Assembly (NCBI GenBank): GCA_965208105.1
Contig: OZ242318.1
Span: 3,936,001 to 4,000,000, forward strand
Length of the DNA stretch: 64,000 nucleotides
Direction of reading: 5' to 3'
From: Candidatus Latescibacterota bacterium
GTDB taxonomy: Bacteria > Latescibacterota > UBA2968 > UBA8231
The stretch's first letter is position 1, and each line of letters opens with the position of its first letter. Shown in pieces: positions 1 through 10,016 of this stretch. The position numbers and the translations under genes are program-made. Under the pieces are notes generated by a model. It searched no databases, was not told the origin of the DNA, and was given only the letters and a program-made list of their open reading frames with translations.

Positions 1-1
1 C

Positions 2-649
2 GTGCAGGAGCTGCTCGGCAACGCCAACCTGTCGCCGCGCAACTACGTGGCCTTCAAGGTGTTCTCCGGCCGGGCCTTCTTCGGCAACCTGCGCATCCCG
101 GCGTTGCCTTCACTGCCTCACATCCTGCGCATCTTCTCCCTGGAGCGGCAGCCGCGCTGGGTGACGGCCATCGTCTTCGTCGCCTTTCCCCTCGGATTCC
201 TCGTTGCCGTGAGCTCCAATCTCTACCTGGGCTACGGCAGGGGCGAGCTGGTATTCATGGCCAGCGGCACCATCAGCCAGTTTACCCAAACCGCCTCGTT
301 TCTGAACAACCCCCGGGACCTGGACCTCGACCGCTGGGCAGTCTGGCTCGTGGGCTTTCTGGAGGCGGCCGGGCTGGCGTTATTGCGCGCCCGCTTCCAC
401 TGGTTTCCCCTGCACCCGGTGGGCCTGGCCTTCCAGTGGACCATCGTCGCCATTATCTACTGGAGTACCTTGATGATCGTCTGGATCGTCAAGTTCCTCC
501 TCCTGCGCTTCGGCGGCGTGCGCGCCTACCTGGCGGGGAAGCCCTTCTTCTACGGGCTGGGAATCGGCTACGTGGCCGCGGTCATCGTCTCGGTGGCCGT
601 GGACCTGATCTGGTTTCCCACCGCGGGTCACCTGATTCACGGCTGGTAG
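2..649 (+). CDS. Multi-pass membrane protein, DUF6785/DUF6784 (putative OPT-like peptide transporter) family; C-terminal part, 5'-truncated by window edge
   Basis: 215-aa hydrophobic ORF with WFPLHPVG and KPFFYGL motifs typical of this family's C-terminus. Confidence 0.7.
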   Translation: MQELLGNANLSPRNYVAFKVFSGRAFFGNLRIPALPSLPHILRIFSLERQPRWVTAIVFVAFPLGFLVAVSSNLYLGYGRGELVFMASGTISQFTQTASFLNNPRDLDLDRWAVWLVGFLEAAGLALLRARFHWFPLHPVGLAFQWTIVAIIYWSTLMIVWIVKFLLLRFGGVRAYLAGKPFFYGLGIGYVAAVIVSVAVDLIWFPTAGHLIHGW

Positions 650-693
650 GATAGGAAAGGGTAATTCCGGCTCGGGAGGAGGTCCTGCCTCGG

Positions 694-2901
694 CTACTCG
701 GTCCAGAAGGAGTAGAACTCTGCGTTGCGCAGGTAGAAGCGCAGGCGCACCGTCTGGTTCTTCAGGTGGCTCAGGTCGCCGCCGAAATCCACGGCCATCC
801 GGGTGTGGTCGCCGTCAATGGGTGCGGACCTGTTCCTGGATTGCCCGGAGCCCCAGAGGTTTCCCGCTTCGTCCAGGATCTCCACCTCCACCTCGCCCTC
901 GGCGGCGGCAGCGTTGATCCACAGGGTGGAGCCGCGCCATATCAGGGGCCTGGTCAGCAGGACCCCTTCGCCTTCATCGGCGTCGAGGGAGACGAAGCCG
1001 TCCCGGCGCAGCACCGCCAGGCAGATCGCTCCCGCGTCCTCCTCGTAACCGGGCCGGGGAACGAACTCTCCGTGGGGGAAGGTGCCCTCGTAGCGCCAGG
1101 CGCCGCGATACTTGATGCCGGTATAGTAGAACCACAGCTCGTCGCCGCGCACCAGGGCATTGGAAGGGCCGATGAGCTGGGTGAGATCGTAGGCCCCCGA
1201 ATCGCGCCGCGAGGGGCCGATGAAGGGCTGGCGGTCGCCGACGCGCTCCCAATCTTTCAGGTTGCGGCTGACGGCCAGCTGGATCAGGTGGAAGCCCACG
1301 GTGTTGGGGTAGTTGGGCACCGGCGCGACGGCGTGGTAGAGGGCAGGGGTTCCGATGTAGACCGATTCGTAGCGGAAGACCCCCATGTTGTAGGCGTCGA
1401 CGTTGTAGACGCGGGGATCGTTCCAGGGCGGGTGCTGCAGGCTTTCGTCGGCGAATCGCGCGGCGATATTGCGGCGCCCCAGCTCCTGGTCGAGATCGTC
1501 GGCGTGGAAGATCAACTCGGGAATACTCCAGCGCTTGAAATCCTTGCTGGTGGACAGGTAGACGGCGCGTCCGTATGGCCCGCCTTGCTTGACGGTGGCG
1601 ATGTAGAGGTGGTCTTCCAGATCGAGGGAGAAGTTCCATTCGTCCTGGGAGCGAATCTGCGCCCCGACCACCTGCCAGTTGCGGCCGTCGGGAGAGACGG
1701 CCAAACGGCGGGGATGGAAGGCTTTGTAGCGTCTCTCCGGATCGGGGTCGAGCGGATCGAAGAAGACTCCCGCGGGAGCCTCCGCGTCCCGATCGATGAC
1801 CCAGTGCAGACCGTCCACGCTGGTGCGGTAAAGGCCGTCGGTGAAGAGCCAGACCTTGAACACACGGTCCAGCGGATCCCAGAACGGGGCGGCGCGCGTC
1901 TGCAGACTGGTCACACCTGCGGGCCAGTCGGGCCTGATCACCGCCCCTTTTTTCACCGGCTGGTGCATGGTCCGGCGCAGCCGGTTCCTGTCCTCGATGA
2001 CGAAGTCGTCGAGGAAAAGCTGGCGCTGGCCCTCCTTCAGGAACACGACGCCTTCGCGGCGGTCCTCCGCTACGATGAAATCGAGCTGGGTGTCCGCTTC
2101 GACCACGACGCCGGAGAGCTCGAAGGGAACGAGCTTGAAACCGTCGATGACGACGCGATAGGTTCGCCCCCGGGCGATTTTGGCCGCCGCTCCCCGGAGC
2201 CGGGGCATGCCTTCCACCAGTCCGGGGTCGGAAGCTCCGCCAGGATCCGCCCTCATGGGCAAAGGTCGGTTTTCTCCCGCAGCGCCTCTGTCCGGGGTGG
2301 TCGCATGCAGCATCGGAAAAGGCGCCGCGCCGTCGATCAGGACCATCTTTCTGGAGTCGCTGAAGTCGCCCGCCTCGAGGCGGTAGATGTAGACCCCGGA
2401 GGCCAGACTGGCGCCGCTGTCGTCGCGGCCGTCCCACACCGCTGCGTGCGAACCGGCGGTCCTCCAGGCATCGACCAGGGTGCGCACCCGCTGACCTACG
2501 CTGTTGTAGATGTCCAGCCGTACCGGCACGTCCCGGGCAAGCTGGTAGGAGACCACGGTCCCGGGGTTGAAGGGGTTGGGATAGTTCTGGTCCAGCCGGA
2601 AGGCGACGGGCTTGGCGCTCTCGCCTCTTTCCACTCCGGTGGCCGGCTCCAGTTCGATCCTGTAGCGTCCTTCCACATCCGTGGTATCGGAGAAGACCTC
2701 GGGAGGATCGGTCTCGCTGATGAAACTGACAACCGCCCCGCGGATGGGGACCTTCTGCCGGAATGGAGGTCCGGCGATGGCCTCTTCCTTCTGCACCAGG
2801 CCGGTCACTTCCAGGCCGGATGCGGCAACGGCCAAGAAAAGCAGCCAAATTGCCGGCAAAAAACCCACCGGCGCAAACAATCCCTTTGGTCCGGCTGTCA
2901 T
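694..2901 (-). CDS. Secreted protein: signal peptide, FlgD-Ig/T9SS-sorting-like domain, GH32/GH43-like beta-propeller
   Basis: Hydrophobic N-terminus; LDQNYPNPFNP...WDGRDDSG...SGVYIYRL motif; downstream RQLFLDD...LRRDGFVSL...LWINA pattern shared with the neighbouring ORF. Confidence 0.75.
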   Translation of the reverse strand: MTAGPKGLFAPVGFLPAIWLLFLAVAASGLEVTGLVQKEEAIAGPPFRQKVPIRGAVVSFISETDPPEVFSDTTDVEGRYRIELEPATGVERGESAKPVAFRLDQNYPNPFNPGTVVSYQLARDVPVRLDIYNSVGQRVRTLVDAWRTAGSHAAVWDGRDDSGASLASGVYIYRLEAGDFSDSRKMVLIDGAAPFPMLHATTPDRGAAGENRPLPMRADPGGASDPGLVEGMPRLRGAAAKIARGRTYRVVIDGFKLVPFELSGVVVEADTQLDFIVAEDRREGVVFLKEGQRQLFLDDFVIEDRNRLRRTMHQPVKKGAVIRPDWPAGVTSLQTRAAPFWDPLDRVFKVWLFTDGLYRTSVDGLHWVIDRDAEAPAGVFFDPLDPDPERRYKAFHPRRLAVSPDGRNWQVVGAQIRSQDEWNFSLDLEDHLYIATVKQGGPYGRAVYLSTSKDFKRWSIPELIFHADDLDQELGRRNIAARFADESLQHPPWNDPRVYNVDAYNMGVFRYESVYIGTPALYHAVAPVPNYPNTVGFHLIQLAVSRNLKDWERVGDRQPFIGPSRRDSGAYDLTQLIGPSNALVRGDELWFYYTGIKYRGAWRYEGTFPHGEFVPRPGYEEDAGAICLAVLRRDGFVSLDADEGEGVLLTRPLIWRGSTLWINAAAAEGEVEVEILDEAGNLWGSGQSRNRSAPIDGDHTRMAVDFGGDLSHLKNQTVRLRFYLRNAEFYSFWTE

Positions 2902-3127
2902 GAGTGGCCTCTCTCGCTGCAGGTGAGGCTAATCATCCCGAGAATTAGAGGTGCGGCTCAATCCTTGAAACCAGGGCCGGGAAAGCCGGGAGTAATATGG
3001 TCGATCGCACATGGATGATCAACGGGGAAGGGTTTCTTTCATCCTGCTCTCCATTTTGGCCACCCAGGCTCTATTCCAAGGCACTATTGAAATCCCGCGA
3101 CAATGGCCGGGGCCACCCCATTCTGCC

Positions 3128-3156
3128 TTGATCGCCCTGGAACAGAATGCTATACT
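3128..3156 (+). promoter_or_regulatory. Sigma70-type promoter for the downstream glycoside hydrolase-like gene
   Basis: TTGATC-17 bp-TATACT with extended -10 TG. Confidence 0.5.
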
Positions 3157-3321
3157 TTCGGCCCTGAGAAATCCGCCGAAAGCGATTCCGCCGGCCTGGT
3201 GGTGCCTCTTGCCAAGTGGTATGCACCGCGGCCCTCGCCAATGGTCCGGCCCCTTACCCGGCGCAAGGAAGCGAGACGATTTTTCGCCAGGTTTCAACGG
3301 TGCTGCAGAAAGGAAAATCCA

Positions 3322-4764
3322 ATGCCTCTCGAAATGATTGACCCCAAGAAAAACCGCCAGCTATTCCTCGACGACCACGCAGTGGAGGAGATGAGCAGAA
3401 CGACCCGCACCCTGCATTCTCCGAAGAAATGGGGGCCTCTCATAAACGGGGGGGTTCAGACCAGGATCTGTCCCCAGTGGAACTCGGAGAAGGGACTGTG
3501 GGAGTGGTGGTACTCCGGGGACCATGTCTACTACGCCACCTCGGAGGATGGAGAGCACTGGGAGAAACCCGTCCTGGGGCTGTTCGAATGGAATGGATCG
3601 AAGGACAACAACATTGCCTTCGATCCACAGGACAAAGGTCCGGGAAGGCCGTATCACGTTTTGCGCGACGAAACCGACCCGGACCCGGCCCGCCGCTACA
3701 AGGCGATGCTCGCCACCGACAACCGCCATCCGGCCGTTTCCCCGGACGGATTTCACTGGACCATGGTGGATACCCCTCCCGTTCCCAGCTACGACGAGTC
3801 CCAGTTCACCCACGACCACCAGTCCGGGCAATTCCTCGCCCTGGTGAAGCTGGGCACCGAATGGGGGCGCTCGGTTTGGCTATCCACCAGTTCGGACTTC
3901 AAGGAATTCTCAGAGCCTGAGCTGATCTTCCACACCGACGAGATCGACCGCGAGAACCGCCGCCGCCGGGTCCGGGAGGTCATCGAAAACCCGGCCTATA
4001 TCACTCCTGCCGTCATCGACGACGAGGACTACATCGCCGAGTGCTACAACATGGCGGTCCTGCCCTACCAGGGATTTTACATCGGTTTCCCGACCATCTT
4101 CAATCCCTTCGGCGCCATCCCTGCGCCGGCTACCAACTTCACCCGCATCAACCAGATCGAAATGACGGTCTCGCGCGATCTCCACCATTGGGAGCGCGTC
4201 GCCGACCGCGCCCTGTTCATCGGGATCGAACCTTTCGACGGAGAGAACTACGGTTGCACCCAGTTGCTGATGGCGGGGCATCCCATCGTGCGCGACGACG
4301 GCGAGATCTGGTGTTACTACAATGCCCTGAGGACCCCTTCGAGAATCGAGCAGTACAGGGAGTTCGGCGCCACCGGGGAGCTCTTCAGGCTCAACGCCAA
4401 ACCCGAGCACTTCGAAGATTCCGGCGCCCTGTCCCTGGCCAAGCTGCGCCCTGACGGATTCGTTTCGATCGACGGCGACCGGTGCGGCACCATCCTGACC
4501 AAACCCTTCGAACTCAAGGGCGAGGATGTCTATATCAACGCCAGCGCCGATTGGGGCGAGATTTACGCCGAGATCGTCGATGCGGAAACCAGGAAACCGC
4601 ACGAAGGATTCTGGGTCCCCGGACAGGAGCCGCCGGCCTTCACCGGCGACAGCACCAGGGCGAAGGTCCGGTGGAAACATCCGCACGACCTGGTGTTCGA
4701 AAAGCCGGTGCGCCTCAAGTTCTATCTGCGCCAGGCCCGCCTGTTTTCCTTCTGGATCGAGTAA
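3322..4764 (+). CDS. GH32/GH43-like beta-propeller protein (cytoplasmic paralogue of 694-2901)
   Basis: ATG at 3322 after AAGGAAA RBS (MPLEMIDPKKNRQLFLDD); DPDPARRYK, LRPDGFVS and LFSFWIE motifs shared with the upstream protein. Confidence 0.75.
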   Translation: MPLEMIDPKKNRQLFLDDHAVEEMSRTTRTLHSPKKWGPLINGGVQTRICPQWNSEKGLWEWWYSGDHVYYATSEDGEHWEKPVLGLFEWNGSKDNNIAFDPQDKGPGRPYHVLRDETDPDPARRYKAMLATDNRHPAVSPDGFHWTMVDTPPVPSYDESQFTHDHQSGQFLALVKLGTEWGRSVWLSTSSDFKEFSEPELIFHTDEIDRENRRRRVREVIENPAYITPAVIDDEDYIAECYNMAVLPYQGFYIGFPTIFNPFGAIPAPATNFTRINQIEMTVSRDLHHWERVADRALFIGIEPFDGENYGCTQLLMAGHPIVRDDGEIWCYYNALRTPSRIEQYREFGATGELFRLNAKPEHFEDSGALSLAKLRPDGFVSIDGDRCGTILTKPFELKGEDVYINASADWGEIYAEIVDAETRKPHEGFWVPGQEPPAFTGDSTRAKVRWKHPHDLVFEKPVRLKFYLRQARLFSFWIE

Positions 4765-4848
4765 TCCCCGGGGTCTCCCGTACTCGGCCCGTGTCCGGAC
4801 CCGGCACCGGGTTCTCCATGCGGCCTCGCGTATTTCGCTTTCCAGCCG

Positions 4849-6024
4849 CTACTTCGACCCGGCCTGATTCTGACTTTTTGCCGCAGCCCCTGCCCGGAAC
4901 CGTTCCAACACCTCGGCCAGGGCCGTGCAGATGTAGGATACGTCCTCCTCGGTCAATCCACAGAACAAGGGCAGAGTAAGAGTGCGGGACAAAACCTCTT
5001 CGGCAACCGGAAAGCTCCCGGCTTTCCATCCGAATTGGCGGCGGAAATAGGGTTGCAGATGACAGGGGGGCCAGTAGATGCTGCCCCCGATAACGCCGAA
5101 TTCCTCCTGCAATGCGCCCAGGATTTCCTCGCGCCCGCAGCCCGCGGGCAGGAGCAGGGGGAACTTGTAGTAGGCGTGAACCTGGTCGGCAGGAGGAGGA
5201 AACAATCCTATCCCCGGATATCGCCCCAGCTTGTCCAGGTAGAGCCGGGCAAGAGAGTTGCGCTCCCCTATGAACTCGTCGAGGCGCTGCAGCTGCCGCA
5301 GACCCAGGGCGGCACTCAGCTCGGGAAGGCGGTAGTTGGCACCGAGGCGCACCAGTTCCCCGCCGTCTTCGGCAATGCCGTGGCAGCGAAAGCTGCGGGC
5401 GAAAGCCGCCAGTTCGGCGCTGTCGGTGGTGAGCATGCCGCCCTCGCCACAGCTCATCACCTTGGTAGGGTAGAAGGAGAAGCTGGCCGCGTCTCCCAGG
5501 CTTCCGGCTTTGCGCCCCCGCCAGGCCGCTCCGGCGGCATGGGCGGCGTCTTCGAGCAAAAACAGTCCGCGCTTGCGGCAGAATTCCGCGATCCTTTCCA
5601 TGTCCGGCGAGACCAGGCCGGCTATGTGCACTGATACGACCCCGCGGGTTTTCGGCGTGACCTTTTCCCGGAGCTCGTCCATCCCCATGCAGAGGGATTC
5701 AGGATGGATGTCGGCCAGCACCGGGGTCCCGCCGGCCAGGGTCACCGCATTGGCAGAGGCCGCGAAGGTGTTGGTGGGCACGACGACCTCGCGTCCCCGA
5801 ACCTGCCAGTGGCGCATGGCGATCTCCAGTGGCGCCGTCCCCGAGTTGAGTCCAACGGCGTATTTCGTCCCCACGTAGCGGGCAAACTCCGCTTCAAACC
5901 GTTCCAGGTACTCACCCTGGGTCAGCCGGCCGCTGCGCAGGATCGCGGCAAAATCTTCCAGCAGGCAGCCCAGGTCCTCCTCGGGTATCCAGGGTCTGGC
6001 TTTTGGAAGGGATCTATCGTTCAT
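4849..6024 (-). CDS. DegT/DnrJ/EryC1/StrS PLP-dependent sugar aminotransferase
   Basis: NSGTA, EDAAHA and SFYPTKVMSCGEGG motifs; start at 6024 or 6042. Confidence 0.9.
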   Translation of the reverse strand: MNDRSLPKARPWIPEEDLGCLLEDFAAILRSGRLTQGEYLERFEAEFARYVGTKYAVGLNSGTAPLEIAMRHWQVRGREVVVPTNTFAASANAVTLAGGTPVLADIHPESLCMGMDELREKVTPKTRGVVSVHIAGLVSPDMERIAEFCRKRGLFLLEDAAHAAGAAWRGRKAGSLGDAASFSFYPTKVMSCGEGGMLTTDSAELAAFARSFRCHGIAEDGGELVRLGANYRLPELSAALGLRQLQRLDEFIGERNSLARLYLDKLGRYPGIGLFPPPADQVHAYYKFPLLLPAGCGREEILGALQEEFGVIGGSIYWPPCHLQPYFRRQFGWKAGSFPVAEEVLSRTLTLPLFCGLTEEDVSYICTALAEVLERFRAGAAAKSQNQAGSK

Positions 6025-6127
6025 AGCCAATGAAATCCTCATCCCATGCCCGGCTTTGACAGGGTATCCTGCCGGGCGTATAATTTGAAAATCCGACGCC
6101 GCGCAAAATTTTTCCTGGCAGAATATC

Positions 6128-7264
6128 ATGGGAACAGCAAAGCGCAATCCGACCCGGCCGGTCGAAATCGGCTCCACCACCATAGGAGACGGGCATCCCA
6201 TTGCCGTTCAGAGCATGGCCGCGACCCGCACCCGTGATATTGCAGCTACGGTGCGCCAGGTCCAGCTTCTGGAGCAAGCCGGCGCCGACATAATCCGCAT
6301 AGCGGTGGACAGCAAGCGCGACGTCGAGGCCCTCGCCCGGATCAGCCGGCATGCCACCGTTCCGCTCAGCGTCGATCTCCAGGAAAACTACCGGCTCGCA
6401 AGCCTGGTGGCTCCCTACGTCCAGAAGATCCGCTACAATCCCGGTCATCTCTACCACCACGAAAAGGACCGTCCGGTGGAGGAAAAGGTCGCCTTCATTG
6501 CCACGGAGGCCGAAAACAACGACTGCGCCATTCGCATCGGAGTGAACTGCGGCTCGGTGGATCCGGAGAAGCGCGACCGGTTCGATCCGGAGGATTCGAT
6601 TTCGCCCATGCTGGCCTCGGCGCTGGAACACTGCGAGATCCTCGACGGACGGGGATTCCAGCGCTACTGCGTATCCCTCAAGGATTCCGACCCCCAAAAG
6701 GTCATCGAAGCCAATTTGCGCTTCGCGGACCAGCGCCCGGACGTGCCTTTGCACCTGGGAGTGACCGAAGCCGGAATGCCGCCCGACGGAGTCATCAAGA
6801 CGCGGATCGCATTCGAGCAGCTCATTTCGCGGGGCATCGGCGATACCATTCGCGTCTCCCTCACCTTGCCCTTCGATGACAAGGGCGAGGAGGTTCACGT
6901 GGGCAGGGAGATTCTCAGGGACATCGAGGCGGGGCGCTTTCGATCCGTTCCCAAATTCTTCGGTACGGGGATGAACATCATCTCCTGCCCTTCCTGCTCC
7001 AGGGTCGAAAACGAGGCCTTCATCGAGTTGGCCCAGAAGGTGCGCGAAGTGACGGCCTACGCCAGCGAGCACTCCATCACCATCGCCGTCATGGGTTGCC
7101 GGGTCAACGGTCCTGGTGAAACCGATGATGCCGACCTGGGATTGTGGTGCGCCCCCAATTTCGTCAATCTGAAAAGAGGACCCGAGCATATAGGGCATTT
7201 TTCCTACGACGAGGTCCTCGGCCGCCTGAAGGAAGAGGTGGACCAGCTGATCTCGTCCCGCTAG
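6128..7264 (+). CDS. ispG: (E)-4-hydroxy-3-methylbut-2-enyl-diphosphate synthase
   Basis: [53 protein letters not shown]. Confidence 0.97.
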   Translation: MGTAKRNPTRPVEIGSTTIGDGHPIAVQSMAATRTRDIAATVRQVQLLEQAGADIIRIAVDSKRDVEALARISRHATVPLSVDLQENYRLASLVAPYVQKIRYNPGHLYHHEKDRPVEEKVAFIATEAENNDCAIRIGVNCGSVDPEKRDRFDPEDSISPMLASALEHCEILDGRGFQRYCVSLKDSDPQKVIEANLRFADQRPDVPLHLGVTEAGMPPDGVIKTRIAFEQLISRGIGDTIRVSLTLPFDDKGEEVHVGREILRDIEAGRFRSVPKFFGTGMNIISCPSCSRVENEAFIELAQKVREVTAYASEHSITIAVMGCRVNGPGETDDADLGLWCAPNFVNLKRGPEHIGHFSYDEVLGRLKEEVDQLISSR

Positions 7265-7428
7265 CAGCCCGTTGATAAAGTTGCTCTGCAGGCGAGGCCG
7301 AGTCATGGCGGCCGAAGGCAAGGCGTGCGACCGAGGCGAATCGAGGGGCTTCGGGGAGGGAGCGCAACGCCGTATTCGAACGCCAGGTCCGGCCGCAGCC
7401 CGGATGGACTTTTTCAACGGGCTGCTAT
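7261..7428 (+). mobile_element. 168-bp MITE-like element, TIR type C (CTAGCAGCCCGTTGA...TCAACGGGCTGCTA)
   Basis: Terminal inverted repeats beginning at the ispG TAG stop; central AAGGCG(7320)...CAACGC(7370) core shared with other copies. Confidence 0.8.
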
Positions 7429-7504
7429 GTTGCGCCCGCCTCAACCTCGGAAACGGCCGCCAATCCTTCACCACCGGGCTCCGTCCCCGGATAGGTGATT
7501 TTCC

Positions 7505-8566
7505 TCAGGCCACCTCAGCGCACGCCACCGCCTCGGCGTGCGCGTTCCTCAACATTCTCTCGGTGGTTTCCCAGCCTACGCACTCGTCGGTAATGGAGAC
7601 CCCGTACTGCAGGTGCTCCAGATCCTCGGGAATCTTCTGGTTTCCGGGGTTGAGGTTGCTTTCGATCATCACCCCGATCAACGCGTCGTTGCCCGACCTG
7701 CGCTGGTGGACTACGCTTTCGCAAACAGCTTCCTGGAGTTCGTGCTTTTTGCCCGAGTTGGCATGGCTGCAGTCGACCATGAACACGGGGTCGAGGCCGC
7801 CCTGGTGCATCTGCCGCGCCGCCTCCTCGATGCTCTCGGGCTCGTAGTTGGGACCTCTGCCACCCCCGCGCAGCACCACGTGCCTCCAGGGATTGCCGGT
7901 GGTCCTGACTACGCAGGTCCGGCCTTCCTGGTCGATGCCAAGGAAACTGTGCGGATGCCGGGCCGACTCCATGGCGTCGATGGCTACCTGCAGGTTGCCG
8001 TCGGTGCTGTTCTTGAATCCAACGGGCATTGACAAGCCGCTTGCCATCTCCCGGTGAGTCTGGGACTCGGTGGTCCGCGCGCCGATCGCCGCCCAGCAGA
8101 TCAGGTCGGCGGTGTACTGGGGGGTGATCGGGTCCAGCATCTCCGTTGCGGCGGGAAGTCCCATGCCGTTGATCTCGAGCAGGAGCCTGCGGGCGATCTT
8201 CAATCCGTTCGGCATATCCCCGGAACCGTCGAGGTGGGGATCGTAGACCAGGCCCTTCCACCCGATGGTGGTGCGGGGTTTTTCAAAGTAGACGCGCATC
8301 ACAATGCAGAGGCGGTCTTCAAGCTGCGACCTCAGTTCATTCAAGCGGTGAGCATACTCCTGCGCTGCATCCAGATCGTGCAGCGAACAGGGTCCGACGA
8401 TGGCCAACAGCCTCTGGTCCTCCTTGCGCAGGATGCGCTTGATTTCCTCGCGTCCCCTGGTCACCGTCTCGTTGGCGATCTCGGTCATCGGCAACTCTTC
8501 CTTCAATCTGCGGGGTGACAAAAGGGTCTGGGTGGCGCGAATGTTCAGGTCATAGGTTTTTTCCAT
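7505..8566 (-). CDS. aroF: 3-deoxy-7-phosphoheptulonate (DAHP) synthase, class I-alpha (AroF/G/H type)
   Basis: [44 protein letters not shown]; isoenzyme symbol uncertain. Confidence 0.93.
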   Translation of the reverse strand: MEKTYDLNIRATQTLLSPRRLKEELPMTEIANETVTRGREEIKRILRKEDQRLLAIVGPCSLHDLDAAQEYAHRLNELRSQLEDRLCIVMRVYFEKPRTTIGWKGLVYDPHLDGSGDMPNGLKIARRLLLEINGMGLPAATEMLDPITPQYTADLICWAAIGARTTESQTHREMASGLSMPVGFKNSTDGNLQVAIDAMESARHPHSFLGIDQEGRTCVVRTTGNPWRHVVLRGGGRGPNYEPESIEEAARQMHQGGLDPVFMVDCSHANSGKKHELQEAVCESVVHQRRSGNDALIGVMIESNLNPGNQKIPEDLEHLQYGVSITDECVGWETTERMLRNAHAEAVACAEVA

Positions 8567-8590
8567 GGAATGTTCCCCTTTCTGCTGGGC

Positions 8591-8620
8591 AATAAAAAAG
8601 CCCCTGAATATTCAGGGGCT
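8591..8620 (-). terminator. Attenuator terminator upstream of DAHP synthase
   Basis: Perfect palindrome AGCCCCTGAATATTCAGGGGCT (8599-8620) running into a U tract on the minus strand, 25 nt before the ATG. Confidence 0.9.
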
Positions 8621-8657
8621 AGAAGCGGAATTGATCAAAGGCGTACGCCGGTACCTT

Positions 8658-8723
8658 CTAACCCCCGGAAAATTTCCAGGTGAAAAAATAAAATGAAAAG
8701 TACCGCGCGGTCCGACAGGTCAT
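8658..8723 (-). CDS. Attenuator leader peptide MTCRTARYFSFYFFTWKFSGG
   Basis: Manual translation of 66 nt; 5 Phe, 2 Tyr, 1 Trp; GAGG RBS 9 nt upstream; overlaps the antiterminator arm. Confidence 0.88.
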   Translation of the reverse strand: MTCRTARYFSFYFFTWKFSGG

Positions 8724-8764
8724 GTTCTGCAGCCTCGGTAAAGGCGGGAAAAAATAGAGTTGGA

Positions 8765-8793
8765 ATAATAATTAATCCCATCCACTTCGTCAA
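8765..8793 (-). promoter_or_regulatory. Sigma70 promoter of leader-aroF
   Basis: TTGACG-17 bp-TATTAT on the minus strand. Confidence 0.75.
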
Positions 8794-8928
8794 GTAAGCA
8801 AACCAGTTCGAGGGGGCTTCGAGGCTTGTCCGGCTGGAAATTTACCGTTATTTTCCTGCCTCGCCATTTCAAACCGCAATAATGATCCGCAATTCAGAAA
8901 ATGGAAATGCCATCACCAGGAGGAGATC

Positions 8929-9669
8929 ATGGAAAACCCGATTCGCGCATCCCTGGCCCAGGGCCAACCGTCGATTGGCAGCTGGCTCAATCTGGCTTCT
9001 CCCCTCGCCGCCGAGGTTATGGCGGCGGCCGGCTACCCCTGGATCGTGGTGGACGCTGAGCACGCGCCATTCGATCTCGATCTCATTACCCACACCTTCC
9101 GCGCCATCGAGTCGCGGGGGTCCGTTCCCATCGTCCGCACCTGGGACCACGACCCCGTCACCGTAGCCCGCCTCCTGGACGCAGGCGCCTACGGCATCAT
9201 CTTTCCCCATGTAAGCACTCCCGAGCAGGCTGAAATACTCGCCAGGGCGATGCGCTATCCTCCGGCGGGAACGCGTTCTTCGGGGACTGGCCGCTGCGTG
9301 ACCATCTCGCCCGACTACCGCAGCAAGGCCAACGACGAGGTTCTTTGTATCCCGCAGATCGAGGATCTTCAGGGAGTGGACAACGGCGAGGCGATCGCCC
9401 GCGTCGAAGGGGTGGATATCGGGTTTCTGGGCCCCAACGATCTGGCACTCTCCATGGGGGTGGAAGCAGGGCATCCGGACCACGAAGCGGCTCTGCAGCG
9501 TTTTCTCGCCGGCTGTCGGCGGGCGGGCAAGCCATGCGGTCTCCCCGTGCCAGACTCGGCTGGTGTATCCCGGCGCCTCCAGGAAGGTTTTCAGTTTATC
9601 GATCTGGGGAACGACCTGCGGTTTCTGGAAGGGGTAGCCAAAAAACAACTCGAAGACGTTCAACAATAG
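8929..9669 (+). CDS. HpcH/HpaI aldolase family protein
   Basis: VDAEH, LDAGAYGIIFP, QIE and GPNDLALSMG motifs; AGGAG RBS. Confidence 0.92.
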   Translation: MENPIRASLAQGQPSIGSWLNLASPLAAEVMAAAGYPWIVVDAEHAPFDLDLITHTFRAIESRGSVPIVRTWDHDPVTVARLLDAGAYGIIFPHVSTPEQAEILARAMRYPPAGTRSSGTGRCVTISPDYRSKANDEVLCIPQIEDLQGVDNGEAIARVEGVDIGFLGPNDLALSMGVEAGHPDHEAALQRFLAGCRRAGKPCGLPVPDSAGVSRRLQEGFQFIDLGNDLRFLEGVAKKQLEDVQQ

Positions 9670-9696
9670 GCGGGGGAAGTTCGGTCCGGCGGGATA

Positions 9697-9863
9697 CTAG
9701 TGCCTGCTTGCGTAATTCCGCGTGAATTCGGCCGCCGCTGCATCCCGGCTCGCGGCGTTGCCCTCCCTCGCCGTACACTCCAGGTACGACTCGCTCAGGC
9801 GCCTTGCGAGCCGGGCGCTTCTGCGCCCTCGTTCGTACGCTTAATTACGCAAGCAGGCACTAG
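9697..9863 (-). mobile_element. 167-bp MITE-like element, TIR type A
   Basis: Perfect 21-bp TIR CTAGTGCCTGCTTGCGTAATT/AATTACGCAAGCAGGCACTAG; core nearly identical to the 42700 and 44385 copies, inverted. Confidence 0.88.
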
Positions 9864-10016
9864 CTCCGCGGTGTTGGAGCTGATTCCAGGCTCCGGGCAA
9901 GAAGGCCGGTGGGATATATTTTCCTTTGCGCCCAGGCACCGGCATGCCGGTTGCCGTCCAGGATGCTTGCGGTGGAATATCGAGAACGAGTGAACGCGGA
10001 TTCCCCCTCACATGTC

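Noticed and set aside
766-3018. 750-aa plus-strand and 624-aa alternate-frame ORFs
   Set aside because: Shadow frames of the 694-2901 gene in GC-rich DNA; no recognisable motifs
3011-3337. 108-aa ORF with a hydrophobic start
   Set aside because: Overlaps the predicted promoter and the next gene's start; no RBS or motif
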